In this document: piece after piece, positions 9,060 through 18,544 of the stretch | Numbering within the stretch: the first letter of the stretch is position 1 | Layout of the letters: each line of letters begins with the position of its first letter | NCBI GenBank assembly: GCA_964475125.1 | Contig: CAYYWP010000004.1 | Span: 1 to 60,438, forward strand | Source: an uncultured Candidatus Binatia bacterium | GTDB lineage: Bacteria; Desulfobacterota; Binatia; HRBIN30; CADEER01 | DNA length: 60,438 nt | Direction: 5' to 3' | Notes under the pieces: generated by a model | What the model was told of the DNA's origin: nothing | The model's input: only the letters and a program-made list of their open reading frames with translations | Database searches by the model: none | Made by a program: the position numbers and the translations under genes

Positions 9060-9896
9060 TCAGCGCACCAGCGCGGCGTAGCGGTCGAGCAACGGCATGA
9101 CGGCGTCCTTGCCCTCGGACGGCAGTGGCAGGATGACGCGTTCGACCCCCATCGCTTCGTAAGCGTCGACCATGGTGCGATCGCCGCTGGCCCAGAAGAC
9201 ACTCACGCTGATCGAGCGCGGATCGCGACCCTGCTCGGCGGCCAGGCGCTGTAGGGTGGCGATGGCCTGCGCGAGGTCGCCGGCGGCGAAGGAGAGCGGC
9301 AGCCAGCCGTCGCAGTAGGCGGCGACGCGCTTCAGGCTCTTCTCGCCGTGGCCGCCGAGGAGAATCGGCGGATGGGGTTTCTGCTGCGGCTTGGGATACG
9401 ACCAGATCGCCTCGAAGCGGACGAAATCGCCCGCGTACGAGGCCTCGTCCTGTGTCCAGATGGCCTTCATCGCCTCGATGCGCTCGCGCAGCAGTTTCCA
9501 GCGCGTCGCAAAGGCGGTGCCGTGGTTCTCCATCTCCTCGACGTTCCAGCCGGCGCCGATGCCGAACAACACGCGCCCGCCCGAGAGCAGGTCGAGGCTG
9601 GCGACTTCCTTGGCGAGCACGATCGGATCGCGCTCGATCACCAGGCAGATGCCGGGCGCGAGCTTGATCGCGTTGGTCACCGCGGCGGCCATCGCCAGGG
9701 CGACGAAGGGATCGTAGGTGTGCGAGTACTCGCGCGGCAGCTCGCCCCCGGCCGGATACGGCGTGCGCCGGGAGACCGGGATGTGCGTGTGCTCGGGGAA
9801 GAACAGCGACTCGAAGCCGCGCGCCTCGGCCGCCCGCGCCAGCTCGTCGGGCCGTATCGCGTAATCGGTCGGAAACATGCTCAGGCCGTATTTCAT
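9060..9896 (-). CDS. LLM-class (luciferase-like) F420-dependent oxidoreductase
   Basis: Start set at ATG 9896 (MKYGLSMFPTDYAIRPDELARAAEARGFESLFFPEHTHIP). Typical LLM/F420 N-terminus. 3-nt gap to the downstream CoA-transferase. Confidence 0.8.
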   Translation of the reverse strand: MKYGLSMFPTDYAIRPDELARAAEARGFESLFFPEHTHIPVSRRTPYPAGGELPREYSHTYDPFVALAMAAAVTNAIKLAPGICLVIERDPIVLAKEVASLDLLSGGRVLFGIGAGWNVEEMENHGTAFATRWKLLRERIEAMKAIWTQDEASYAGDFVRFEAIWSYPKPQQKPHPPILLGGHGEKSLKRVAAYCDGWLPLSFAAGDLAQAIATLQRLAAEQGRDPRSISVSVFWASGDRTMVDAYEAMGVERVILPLPSEGKDAVMPLLDRYAALVR

Positions 9897-9933
9897 CGCA
9901 TCCCTCCGTCGCAGACGGTGCATACCAGACCGG

Positions 9934-10034
9934 GACGTCGGTTCCGAGTGTTCCGCCGAGTTGGTCCCGGCAGGTGAGAATCAGGGCGCCAGGCCGTCGA
10001 AGAAGACGAACTCGGAAGACTCGGAACCTACGTC
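9934..10034. repeat. Inverted-repeat element, family B (GGTTCCGAGT-TTCCG-AGTT arms)
   Basis: The left arm is 9934..9962 (gacgtcggttccgagtgttccgccgagtt). It pairs with the right arm 10009..10034 (aactcggaagactcggaacctacgtc) with few mismatches. Lies in a divergent intergenic region. Confidence 0.7.
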
Positions 10035-10120
10035 CCCTCTGGTGAGCCGCGAAGTCCGCATGTCGACCGGGGATGGCGGATCGGTCTAGTCTTTCGGCAA
10101 CCCCACCCCCCCGGCCCGTG

Positions 10121-11365
10121 ATGGCTTCAGAGCACCCCCCACCGCTCCGCGTACTCAGCCTGTGCACGGTCTTTCCCAACCCCACCGAGCCGGGCTGCGG
10201 CATCTTCATTGCGCGTCGCCTTCAGGCGCTCGCGGCACTCCGCAACGGGCCGCGCGTTACCGTCCTCGCGCCGGTTCAGCTGCTCGACTACGCGAAGCGG
10301 CGGCAGCGGCTGCTGCGAGCGCGTGGGGTCGTCTCGACACGCGAAGACGCGGCGATGCGCGTCATGCACCCCAAGTGGTTCTATCCCCCACTGAGCGGCG
10401 CAAGCAGCGCGGTCTTCCTGTTTGCTCGGCTCCTTCCCCTGTGTTGGCGGCTGCGGCGGCGCGGGTTTCGATTCGACCTCATCGACGCACATTTCGCGCA
10501 CCCCGAGGGCGTCGCGGCCGCCATGCTCGGTCGCGTCTTCCGATGCCCGGTCATCATCACGCTCAGGGGCAACGAGGTGGTGCATGCCAAGCGGCCGCTG
10601 CGGCGTTGGACGCAGCGCTGGGCGCTGCGACGTGCGACGCGGATCATTTGCGTGGCTCGTTGGCTGGAAGACTTCGCCGTCTCCGCGGGCGTGGCGGTGG
10701 ACCGGGTGATCACCATTCCCAACGGTGTCGACGCCGGGGTGTTCTACCGACGAGATCGGGCTGCGTGCCGCCGCATCCATGATCTGCCCATTGGTTCCCG
10801 CGTGATCTTGTCGGCCGGGTACCTGGTGGAAGGCAAGGGGCACCATGACGTGGTCGCCGCGCTGGCCACCTTGCACAGCCGTGGCATTGCGGCGCGGCTG
10901 GTGATCGCCGGCGGCAGCGGACGGGATGGAAATTTCGAGCCGGCGATTCGTCACAGCGTGCGCTCACGCGGTCTGAGCGACTACGTGCGCCTCACCGGCG
11001 CCGTGTCCCCGACGGCGCTCGCGGAGCTCATGGCGGCAGCCGACGTGCTCTGCCTCGCCAGTTTCACTGAGGGCTGGCCCAATGTCGTGCACGAGGCGCT
11101 GGCCTGTGGCACCCCGGTCGTGGCGACCGCCGTCGGCGCGGTTCCCCAACTCATTCCGGGACCTCGATACGGTCGTATCGTGCCGGTGCATGACCCGCAG
11201 GCCCTCGCGGATGCCCTCGGAGCCGCCTTGGAAACAGCGTGGGCGCACGACGAGATCGCGCGCTGGGGCCAGTCTCGGCAGTGGCGGCAGGTCGCCAAAG
11301 AGGTCCTGACCACGTTCAACGACGCGTGCCAGGGAGAGGCCCGAATCCGCGAACCGGCTGGATGA
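10121..11365 (+). CDS. GT4-family glycosyltransferase
   Basis: Start set at ATG 10121 (MASEHPPPLRVLSLCTVFPNP...). C-terminal GT-B signature SFTEGWPNVVHEALACGTPVVATAVG. Confidence 0.8.
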   Translation: MASEHPPPLRVLSLCTVFPNPTEPGCGIFIARRLQALAALRNGPRVTVLAPVQLLDYAKRRQRLLRARGVVSTREDAAMRVMHPKWFYPPLSGASSAVFLFARLLPLCWRLRRRGFRFDLIDAHFAHPEGVAAAMLGRVFRCPVIITLRGNEVVHAKRPLRRWTQRWALRRATRIICVARWLEDFAVSAGVAVDRVITIPNGVDAGVFYRRDRAACRRIHDLPIGSRVILSAGYLVEGKGHHDVVAALATLHSRGIAARLVIAGGSGRDGNFEPAIRHSVRSRGLSDYVRLTGAVSPTALAELMAAADVLCLASFTEGWPNVVHEALACGTPVVATAVGAVPQLIPGPRYGRIVPVHDPQALADALGAALETAWAHDEIARWGQSRQWRQVAKEVLTTFNDACQGEARIREPAG

Positions 11366-11379
11366 CCGCCCGGCAGGGC

Positions 11380-13332
11380 TCAGCGGCGCGGTGGCACGGG
11401 CGCACCAGGCGCTGAATGCGACGCCTCCGCGCCGGGCCAGAAACCGCGCCGGCCGGTGATGAAGCTGTCGCCCCAGACTTGCAGGGCGAGGAGGCGCCAC
11501 AGGCGCTCGGTGGCGTTCGTCTTGCCTGCCCGGTGTCGCTCGATCAGTTCACGGACCTTCGAGACGTCGAGGTACTCCGCAAGCAAGCCGTCCGGTTCAC
11601 ACAGGTAGGTCAGGATCGGGTCTGACCGGCGCTCTCTGAACCACCGCTCGAGAGGCGTGGAGAATCCTACCTTCGGGCGGTGAAGGATCTCGGCGGGCAG
11701 CAAATCTGCGGTCGCCAGCTTGAGGATGTGCTTCCCTCGCGACGGGAGTTTCATCGCGTCTGGTAGCCGCATCGCGAATTCGACCAAGGAGTGGTCGAGG
11801 AAGGGCACCCGGCTCTCGATCGACGCCGCCATGCTCATCCGGTCCTGCTTCATCAAGAGCTCGATGAGATACGTCTGATGGTCGACGTACAGCATTCGCG
11901 CCAACGTCGACTGTTGCGGCTCGACGGACCAGTGGCGCATGACATGCGCATACGGGTCGGCCGCCAAGACGGCGGCACGCCCGATCGCGCCAAGCTCAGC
12001 GCGCGAGAACCCGCCGGAAAAGTTCTCCAGATACAGCGATCGCACGTCCGAAGATCTGGCGAGAAAGGTGTGCCCCAGTTTGCGTCGCAGGGCGATCGAT
12101 GGCGTGGCCTCCAGCGCCCTGCGCAGCATCGCCGCGATCGGGCGTGGGACGGCGCCGAGCATGCGCGCTCCTCGCTCGTTGATCAGGTGATATCGATAGC
12201 GCTCGTATCCGGCGAAGAGTTCATCGGCGCCTTCGCCGGTGAGGACGACCTTGACGTGTCGAGCCGCCAGTGCCGACACGAAATACAGCGGAACGCCGGC
12301 GGGAAAGCACAGCGGCTCGTCGTGATGCCACGTCAGCCGTGGAAGCGCACCGAAAAACTGATCGAAGCCGATGACGATCTCGTGGTGGTCGGTGCCCAGG
12401 GCGGCACCCACCGCCGCCGCCCATTCGAGCTCTCCGTACGCCGCCTCGTCGTAGCCGACCGAGAACGTCTGTACGACGCCATCGCTGTGGCGGGCCGTCA
12501 GCGCGGCGATGCAACTGGAATCCAGGCCGCCGCTGAGAAACACCCCGAGCGGCACGTCAGCCATGAGGTGCGTTTGAACGGCCGTCTCGAGGCGGCTTCG
12601 GCATTCGCTCACCCAGGTCGCTTGGTCACCGTCCGCGGCGCGCTCGAGCAGCGGTGAGTGCCAGTACCGGGACACCGTCAAGTGAAACCGATCCCCCTCC
12701 CAGCTCAGTTCGAGCACGTGGCCCGGCGGGAGCTTCCGCACCGGCACGAGAAGCGTTTCGTCGCTGGAACCGTACCCGGCCGTGAGGTACTCCCCGAGCA
12801 CTGCTTCATTCACCCCGACGGACAGGCCGGGGTATGCCGAAATAGCCTTGATCTCCGAGCCGAAGACGAACGTCTGCCCGTCCCAGACGTAGTAGAACGG
12901 TTTGATGCCGTGGCGGTCTCGGACGCAATACAGCGAGCGTTCATCGCGGTTCCAAATCGCAAAGGCGAACATGCCAGCCAGGGCGGCCGCTGCCCGAACC
13001 CCGTCTTCAGCGAAGCTGTGCAGGACGGTTTCCGTGTCGCTGCGTGTGCGATACCGGTGGCCGGCGCGCTCGAGTCGAGGCCGAAGCGTGGCGTGGTTGA
13101 ACACTTCCCCGTTGAAGACGATGGTGTAGCGGCCATCGTCACTCGACATGGGTTGATGCCCGCCCGCGAGATCGACGACACTCAGGCGCCTGTGGCCGAG
13201 GAACGCGACGCCGCCATCGAAGAAACCCTCATCGTCAGGTCCGCGATGGCTGATCGCGGCTGTCATCCGCCGAAGGACGCGGTCTGCGTCGGCAGGTGGG
13301 CGATCGGTCACGAATCCGGCGATGCCACACAT
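11380..13332 (-). CDS. Asparagine synthase-type glutamine-hydrolysing amidotransferase (AsnB family), copy 1
   Basis: MCGIAGFV N-terminus, so the start is the second Met (13332) because the Ntn nucleophile Cys must follow the initiator. The synthetase domain has LSGGLDSS. Confidence 0.9.
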   Translation of the reverse strand: MCGIAGFVTDRPPADADRVLRRMTAAISHRGPDDEGFFDGGVAFLGHRRLSVVDLAGGHQPMSSDDGRYTIVFNGEVFNHATLRPRLERAGHRYRTRSDTETVLHSFAEDGVRAAAALAGMFAFAIWNRDERSLYCVRDRHGIKPFYYVWDGQTFVFGSEIKAISAYPGLSVGVNEAVLGEYLTAGYGSSDETLLVPVRKLPPGHVLELSWEGDRFHLTVSRYWHSPLLERAADGDQATWVSECRSRLETAVQTHLMADVPLGVFLSGGLDSSCIAALTARHSDGVVQTFSVGYDEAAYGELEWAAAVGAALGTDHHEIVIGFDQFFGALPRLTWHHDEPLCFPAGVPLYFVSALAARHVKVVLTGEGADELFAGYERYRYHLINERGARMLGAVPRPIAAMLRRALEATPSIALRRKLGHTFLARSSDVRSLYLENFSGGFSRAELGAIGRAAVLAADPYAHVMRHWSVEPQQSTLARMLYVDHQTYLIELLMKQDRMSMAASIESRVPFLDHSLVEFAMRLPDAMKLPSRGKHILKLATADLLPAEILHRPKVGFSTPLERWFRERRSDPILTYLCEPDGLLAEYLDVSKVRELIERHRAGKTNATERLWRLLALQVWGDSFITGRRGFWPGAEASHSAPGAPVPPRR

Positions 13333-13369
13333 CAAGGTTCCGCGCGTCGAGGTGATTGTCAGATCGAGG

Positions 13370-15259
13370 CTAATGTGGGCTAATGGTTCGCCGAGGCAGG
13401 AGGCCTGATCGCCCCGCTTCGGAGACGCCGTTCGATGGTAGGTCCTGCATCGGAATCTCGATGTCGCCGGGCAGCGTAAGCATCTCGAGGCGCAGCGACT
13501 TGGCCTTCACGGGTGGCGGGTTCGGATTCTCGTACAACAGCAGCTTCCGTCCCACCCAGTTACGGACGTTCGTTTCGATCGGAATCGTCGCCACGAGACG
13601 GAACGGCGGATCGTTGAGGACGTCGCGCAGAAGGTTCTGCGATGCAAAGCGCGTCTGACTATTGTCGACGAGCACGTAGCGAACGCCGTAGTCCGAGAGC
13701 AGGCGTTCGACCTCGGCGCGGGTGCGCACGAATTCCTTACTGCCGTACTCTGCCACGACTCGCGTAACATAGAGCGCCTTGCGGAGAATGACGGCCTGTC
13801 TCCGCGGGTCATTGGCGCGAACGTAGAAGACGAGATTGCCGTGCAATTCGCCATCGAACACCACCAATCCCGGACTGCCGTTCTGCATCAATCGCCGCGC
13901 CGCCTCCTCGTACCCGGAGACGAACGGACGCTGGTAGTGCCATGCCCACCACGTGTGGTGTCCGATCACCCCGAGCAGGACGGGAATCGTGACCCACTTC
14001 ATGCGCTTCGGAAACGCGTTGCTGGTCACACCCCCGACCGCGAAGAATATCCACGGGGGAAGCCAGTATAAAATGTAACGAGGGTCCTGCTGCGCGAAGA
14101 AGGAGAATGTCGCATAGCAGGCGACGATCCATAACACCCATGGCCGCACGCGACGGACGCTCGTCCACAGGGGCGAGATGAGGAACCCGACGACACTGAG
14201 CGCCAGCAACGGCCATCCGAGCTGTCGGGGCAGCGCCCGCGGATAGAACGTCCACGGATTCTCTCGAACCGTTCCCTGAAAGACGTCGGCGGCAATGGTC
14301 GGCAGATGGAGCGCCAGCGCCGCTGCATAGAACGGACCCGCGATGAGGATGATCATGCTGAGCGCCGCGATCATGCTCCGGCTCACGAGCAGCGAGAGTC
14401 TGCGCTCGGCGACCAACGTGAGCAGGCAGAACACCGCGAGATAGATGCTCTGTTGCTTGGTCAGCAGTGCCAGTGCCGCGAGCATGGCGAACCGGTAGAG
14501 GTCGCCGGCCGGCGCACAGTCGGACCGCAGCGCGCGCAACCAGTAGTAGGTCGCAGCGATGCACAGGCTGAGCGCCGGAAGCTCCAGCATGGCGGATTTT
14601 TCGAACAGCAACACCGCAGGCGAGAACGCGAGCAAGATCGTCGCTGCAGCGGCGGTGAGTTCGTCTTGTAGATCCGACACCAGTCGAAACCAGAAGCAGA
14701 GGCCGAAGAGCGCAAAGGCGAGCACCGCCAGACGTGCCGCGACTGCGGTCGGGCCGAGAATCAAGAAGAAGAGCGCTTCCACGACGTAGAAGAACGGCGG
14801 CCAATGGAGGAGTCCCAGGGCGGGATACTGCGCGAACCAGCGCGCCGTGTATGGTACCGGGTGGGTGATCGGCCAGTCGCGCAGCAGGTCGGCGACGAAC
14901 AACCCGCTGGCGGCGTGTACCGGCTCGTCGTGGTTGCCGAAAAACTCCCCGTGAGTGATACCCTTGATCAACACCGGGAGGATCAGGAGCAGGACTGCCG
15001 GCAGCAGCAGCCGGGCGTGTGCACGCGACGGAGTCGGTGCGGCGGACCTTGGGAGCGCACGGGCGTGGGCTACCGCGCCGGCGTCTGTCCTGGGCCAGGA
15101 GCCTCGGGTCGAACTCCATAGATGCTGCCCCACCGCAATTGCGGAGCAGGTGCTGCCCCACGCCGGGACCCGAGGCTCTCGCACCCCAGTCACCGGATTG
15201 GCCATCGCACTCCACATCATACCGCCGCCGGCGCTTGATAGCAGCGGGGATCGCGGCAC
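13370..15259 (-). CDS. Polytopic GT-C-like membrane glycosyltransferase (ArnT/PMT, GT39/GT83-like)
   Basis: Many hydrophobic segments. An early-loop acidic motif GNHDEPVHAASG comes before repeated TM helices. C-terminal soluble domain. The true start is probably downstream of 15259, since the N-terminal approx 60 codons are not membrane-like. Confidence 0.65.
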   Translation of the reverse strand: MPRSPLLSSAGGGMMWSAMANPVTGVREPRVPAWGSTCSAIAVGQHLWSSTRGSWPRTDAGAVAHARALPRSAAPTPSRAHARLLLPAVLLLILPVLIKGITHGEFFGNHDEPVHAASGLFVADLLRDWPITHPVPYTARWFAQYPALGLLHWPPFFYVVEALFFLILGPTAVAARLAVLAFALFGLCFWFRLVSDLQDELTAAAATILLAFSPAVLLFEKSAMLELPALSLCIAATYYWLRALRSDCAPAGDLYRFAMLAALALLTKQQSIYLAVFCLLTLVAERRLSLLVSRSMIAALSMIILIAGPFYAAALALHLPTIAADVFQGTVRENPWTFYPRALPRQLGWPLLALSVVGFLISPLWTSVRRVRPWVLWIVACYATFSFFAQQDPRYILYWLPPWIFFAVGGVTSNAFPKRMKWVTIPVLLGVIGHHTWWAWHYQRPFVSGYEEAARRLMQNGSPGLVVFDGELHGNLVFYVRANDPRRQAVILRKALYVTRVVAEYGSKEFVRTRAEVERLLSDYGVRYVLVDNSQTRFASQNLLRDVLNDPPFRLVATIPIETNVRNWVGRKLLLYENPNPPPVKAKSLRLEMLTLPGDIEIPMQDLPSNGVSEAGRSGLLPRRTISPH

Positions 15260-15402
15260 CCCCTCGCGGCGAAAGCGCCAGCGCGCCCCGAGACGACACG
15301 CATGCGACTCCCGCGATGCTCTCAGAAACGAACGCGTTCTGGAAGAACCCCGTGTGCGTCGCAGGGAGGCCCGAAGGGTTCGAGCGACCGGGTCCTGTCA
15401 CC

Positions 15403-15669
15403 ATGGCGCGGGATTTGATCGACTGGGTGGGCGGCTATCCATTCGAAGTGGTCCGCCCTGAAGCCATATTCGATTTCTATCGGGCCCGCGGTCTCCAATT
15501 GGAGCGGCTGGTTACCAGGGGGGCCGGGCTGGGCTGCAATGAGTCTTGCTTTCGCAGGACGGTCGACACCGGGAGGGGGGCGTCAGCCTCGCGCAGCGAC
15601 CACGCGCCTGCGAGAACGAACGAAGACCTCTGCCCGCGATTTGCCCGCCGGCAAGCTCCTGCGATATAG
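15403..15669 (+). pseudogene. C-terminal remnant of a class I SAM-dependent methyltransferase
   Basis: MARDLIDWVGGYPFEVVRPEAIFDFYRARGLQLERLV..GLGCNE matches the conserved tail (..DWLGGYPFE...GCNEFVF) of a methyltransferase family. No SAM-binding motifs occur upstream in any frame. Confidence 0.45.
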
Positions 15670-15693
15670 GCCGGCCGGCGAGCGGCGACCGCA

Positions 15694-16407
15694 ATGAGAT
15701 TCGACACCGACACCGCGTTGTTCGGGGACTACGAAGAGCGGCTCACGGCGGTCCCGGACGCGCTGCGGCCGGTGAGTGTGCCCGACGGCGCGATTCATTC
15801 GCCCGTGGCGCGGGCGCTGAAGAGAAGTATCGACATCGTGGCGGCGGTCGTCTTGCTCGTATTCGGCACGCCGCTGTGCGTGTTGGTGGGGCTGGCGATC
15901 TGGCTCGAGGATGGTGAGCCCGTCCTGTTCCGACAGATCCGCGTCGGGCGCGGCGGGGCGCTCTTCACGCTCTACAAGCTGCGCTCGATGCACAAGGACG
16001 CGGAAGCCGCTAGTGGGCCGCAGTGGGCTGCGCCGGACGATGCGCGCGCCACCCGGGTCGGCCGCTGGATCCGCGCCTTGCGCATCGACGAGATCCCGCA
16101 AGCGTGGAACGTGCTCGTCGGCGACATGTCCTTCGTCGGCCCGCGCCCGGAGCGGCCCGAGTTCGTCGGCCCGCTGCACGCCGCCATCCCCGGCTACGAC
16201 CAGCGTCATCGCATCCGACCCGGCATGACGGGGTGGGCGCAAGTCAACCAGCCGTACAGCGGCACCCTCGGCGACGCGCAGCGCAAGCACGTCTACGATT
16301 TGCACTACCTGCAGAACTGGTCGCTCTCCCTCGACGTGCTCATTCTGGCGCGGACGGCCAAGATCGTTCTGTTCGGCTGGGGCGGTCGCGCGGCCGCTCC
16401 GAGATGA
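15694..16407 (+). CDS. Small monotopic phosphoglycosyl transferase (bacterial sugar transferase family, PglC / WbaP-C type); priming enzyme
   Basis: KRSIDIVAAVVLLVFGTPLCVLVGLAIWLEDGEPVLFRQIRVG...LYKLRSM...DEIPQAWNVLVGDMSFVGPRPERPEF are hallmark blocks. Confidence 0.9.
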   Translation: MRFDTDTALFGDYEERLTAVPDALRPVSVPDGAIHSPVARALKRSIDIVAAVVLLVFGTPLCVLVGLAIWLEDGEPVLFRQIRVGRGGALFTLYKLRSMHKDAEAASGPQWAAPDDARATRVGRWIRALRIDEIPQAWNVLVGDMSFVGPRPERPEFVGPLHAAIPGYDQRHRIRPGMTGWAQVNQPYSGTLGDAQRKHVYDLHYLQNWSLSLDVLILARTAKIVLFGWGGRAAAPR

Positions 16408-17318
16408 GCCGCCCGGCGCCTTCGCCGCCGCCGATCGTCAATGCCCTCACCATCGACGTCGAGGAGTACTTCCACGCCAACGCGCTGGACGGCGCCGTCT
16501 CACCGGCCGATTGGAACAGCCTGCCGCAGCGCGTCGAGCACAATACGCTGCGCCTCCTCGATGTGCTCGACGAGCACGGCGCGCGCGCCACGTTCTTCAT
16601 GCTCGGCTGGGTGGCGGAACGCTGGCCGCAGCTGGTCACCGAAGTGGCGCGGCGCGGTCACGAGCTCGCCAGCCACGGCTACGCGCACCGCCTCGTCTAC
16701 CGGCAGGACCCGCAGCAGTTCCGCGCCGATGTCGTGCGCGGCAAGGCCATCCTCGAGGATCGGCTCGGCGCGCCGGTCTTCGGCTTCCGCGCCGCCAGTT
16801 ACTCGCTCGTCGCGCGGACGCTGTGGGCGCTCGACGTCTTGATCGAAGAGGGGTTCCGCTACGACTCCAGCATCTTCCCGATTCGACACGACATCTACGG
16901 CATCCCCGACTTCACCCGTTTCGCGGTGAAGCTGCAGCGCCCGGCGGGCGAGATCGTCGAGATCCCGGCCTCCACGCTGCGCTTCCTCGGCCGCAACTGG
17001 CCGGTGGGGGGCGGCGGCTACTTCCGGCTGTTTCCGTACGCGCTCACCCGCAGCGCCTTGCGCTACCTCAACCGACACGACCGCGCCCCGGCGATCGTCT
17101 ACCTGCATCCGTGGGAGCTCGATCCCGAGCAACCCCGGCTGGCCGCCGGCGTCCGGTCCCGCTTCCGGCAGTATACCAATCTCCACCGCACCGAAGCGCG
17201 CCTGCGGCGGTTGCTGCGCGACTTCCGCTTCGCACCCATCGCCGAGGCACTGCCGGCGTTCGGCCTGCCGCTCGTCGGTACCTTCCGCGGGCAGCCGCGC
17301 CACACGGCGGTGGCATAG
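16404..17318 (+). CDS. Polysaccharide deacetylase with DUF3473 C-terminal region (XrtA/PEP-CTERM-system type)
   Basis: ATGA overlap with the upstream gene at 16404. NALTIDVEEYFH...ATFFMLGWVAERWPQLV...GHELASHGYAH...GGGYFRLFPY...YLHPWELDPEQP are family blocks. Confidence 0.9.
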   Translation: MSRPAPSPPPIVNALTIDVEEYFHANALDGAVSPADWNSLPQRVEHNTLRLLDVLDEHGARATFFMLGWVAERWPQLVTEVARRGHELASHGYAHRLVYRQDPQQFRADVVRGKAILEDRLGAPVFGFRAASYSLVARTLWALDVLIEEGFRYDSSIFPIRHDIYGIPDFTRFAVKLQRPAGEIVEIPASTLRFLGRNWPVGGGGYFRLFPYALTRSALRYLNRHDRAPAIVYLHPWELDPEQPRLAAGVRSRFRQYTNLHRTEARLRRLLRDFRFAPIAEALPAFGLPLVGTFRGQPRHTAVA

Positions 17319-17349
17319 CGCCTCGCGGCGCGCTCGGAGGCGTGCTGAG

Positions 17350-18501
17350 GTGAAGATCATCAACGTCGCCGGCGCGCGGCCGAACTTCGTCAAGATCGCG
17401 CCGATCATGCGCGCCCTGGCGGGCGCCGGCGAGCGGCGGCCAGGGGCACGGATCGAATCCCTCCTGGTCGACACCGGACAGCACTACGACGATGTCATGT
17501 CCGCGGCGTTTTTTCGCGACCTCGAGATCCCGCGACCCGACCGGGCGCTCCGCGTCGGTTCGGGCTCGCACGCCGCGCAGACCGCCGCGGTGCTGTCCGC
17601 TTTCGAGGCGGTGCTGGTCGAGGAACGGCCCGACCTGGTGCTGGTCGTCGGCGACGTCAACTCCACGCTCGCCTGCGCGCTGGCGGCCGCCAAGCTCGGG
17701 GTCGCGGTGGCGCATGTCGAGGCCGGCCTGCGCAGCTTCGATCGCACCATGCCGGAAGAGATCAACCGGCGGCTCACCGATGCCCTGGCCGACGTCCTCT
17801 TCACGACCGAGGAAGACGCCGACCAGAACTTGCGGCGCGAAGGGGTGCCGGGCGAGCGGATCTTTTTCGTCGGCAACGTGATGGTCGACGCGCTGCGCTG
17901 GGCGCAACGCGCGGCGCGGCCGTCGACCATCCTCGAGCGTCTCGGGCTGCGGGATCGCGAACGCGGCGAGGGCTTCGCCCTTGTCACGCTGCACCGGCCG
18001 AGCAATGTCGACTCGCGCCGGACACTCGGCGGGCTGATCGATGCCCTCGGGCAACTGAGCCACGACCTGCCGGTGATCTTCCCGGCCCATCCGCGCACGC
18101 GCGCACGCCTGGAGGAATTCGGCCTGACCTCCGCGTTGCGGCCGGTCGCGTCTGGTCCCGACCCCACCCGGGTGCAGCGCGGACGGGTGTGCTTGCTCGA
18201 CGCGCTACCCTACGTCGACTGCCTGTGCGCGCTGGGCGCGGCGCGCTTGGTGCTCACCGATTCGGGCGGTGTTCAGGAGGAAACCACCTGCCTCGGCGTA
18301 CCGTGTGTCACGCTGCGCGACACGACGGAGCGACCCATTACCGTACGCGCCGGAACGAATGTCGTCGCCGGCACCGACCCCGAGCGCATTCTCCAGCTGG
18401 CGCGCCGGGCCCTGGCGAACGGCAGGCCGCCCGCGGTCGCGCCGCCCCTATGGGACGGCCACGCGGCGGAGCGCATCGTCGACATCCTCATCGATCGATG
18501 A
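17350..18501 (+). CDS. wecB: UDP-N-acetylglucosamine 2-epimerase (non-hydrolysing)
   Basis: GTG start 9 nt after GGAGG. MKIINVAGARPNFVKIAPIMRAL, DTGQHYD, VVGDVNSTLACALAAAKLGV.VAHVEAGLRS and DSGGVQEE blocks. Confidence 0.9.
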   Translation: MKIINVAGARPNFVKIAPIMRALAGAGERRPGARIESLLVDTGQHYDDVMSAAFFRDLEIPRPDRALRVGSGSHAAQTAAVLSAFEAVLVEERPDLVLVVGDVNSTLACALAAAKLGVAVAHVEAGLRSFDRTMPEEINRRLTDALADVLFTTEEDADQNLRREGVPGERIFFVGNVMVDALRWAQRAARPSTILERLGLRDRERGEGFALVTLHRPSNVDSRRTLGGLIDALGQLSHDLPVIFPAHPRTRARLEEFGLTSALRPVASGPDPTRVQRGRVCLLDALPYVDCLCALGAARLVLTDSGGVQEETTCLGVPCVTLRDTTERPITVRAGTNVVAGTDPERILQLARRALANGRPPAVAPPLWDGHAAERIVDILIDR

Positions 18502-18544
18502 TGAACGGCAGGCAACCGCCCGCGGCGGATTCGAGAGGCCCGTC

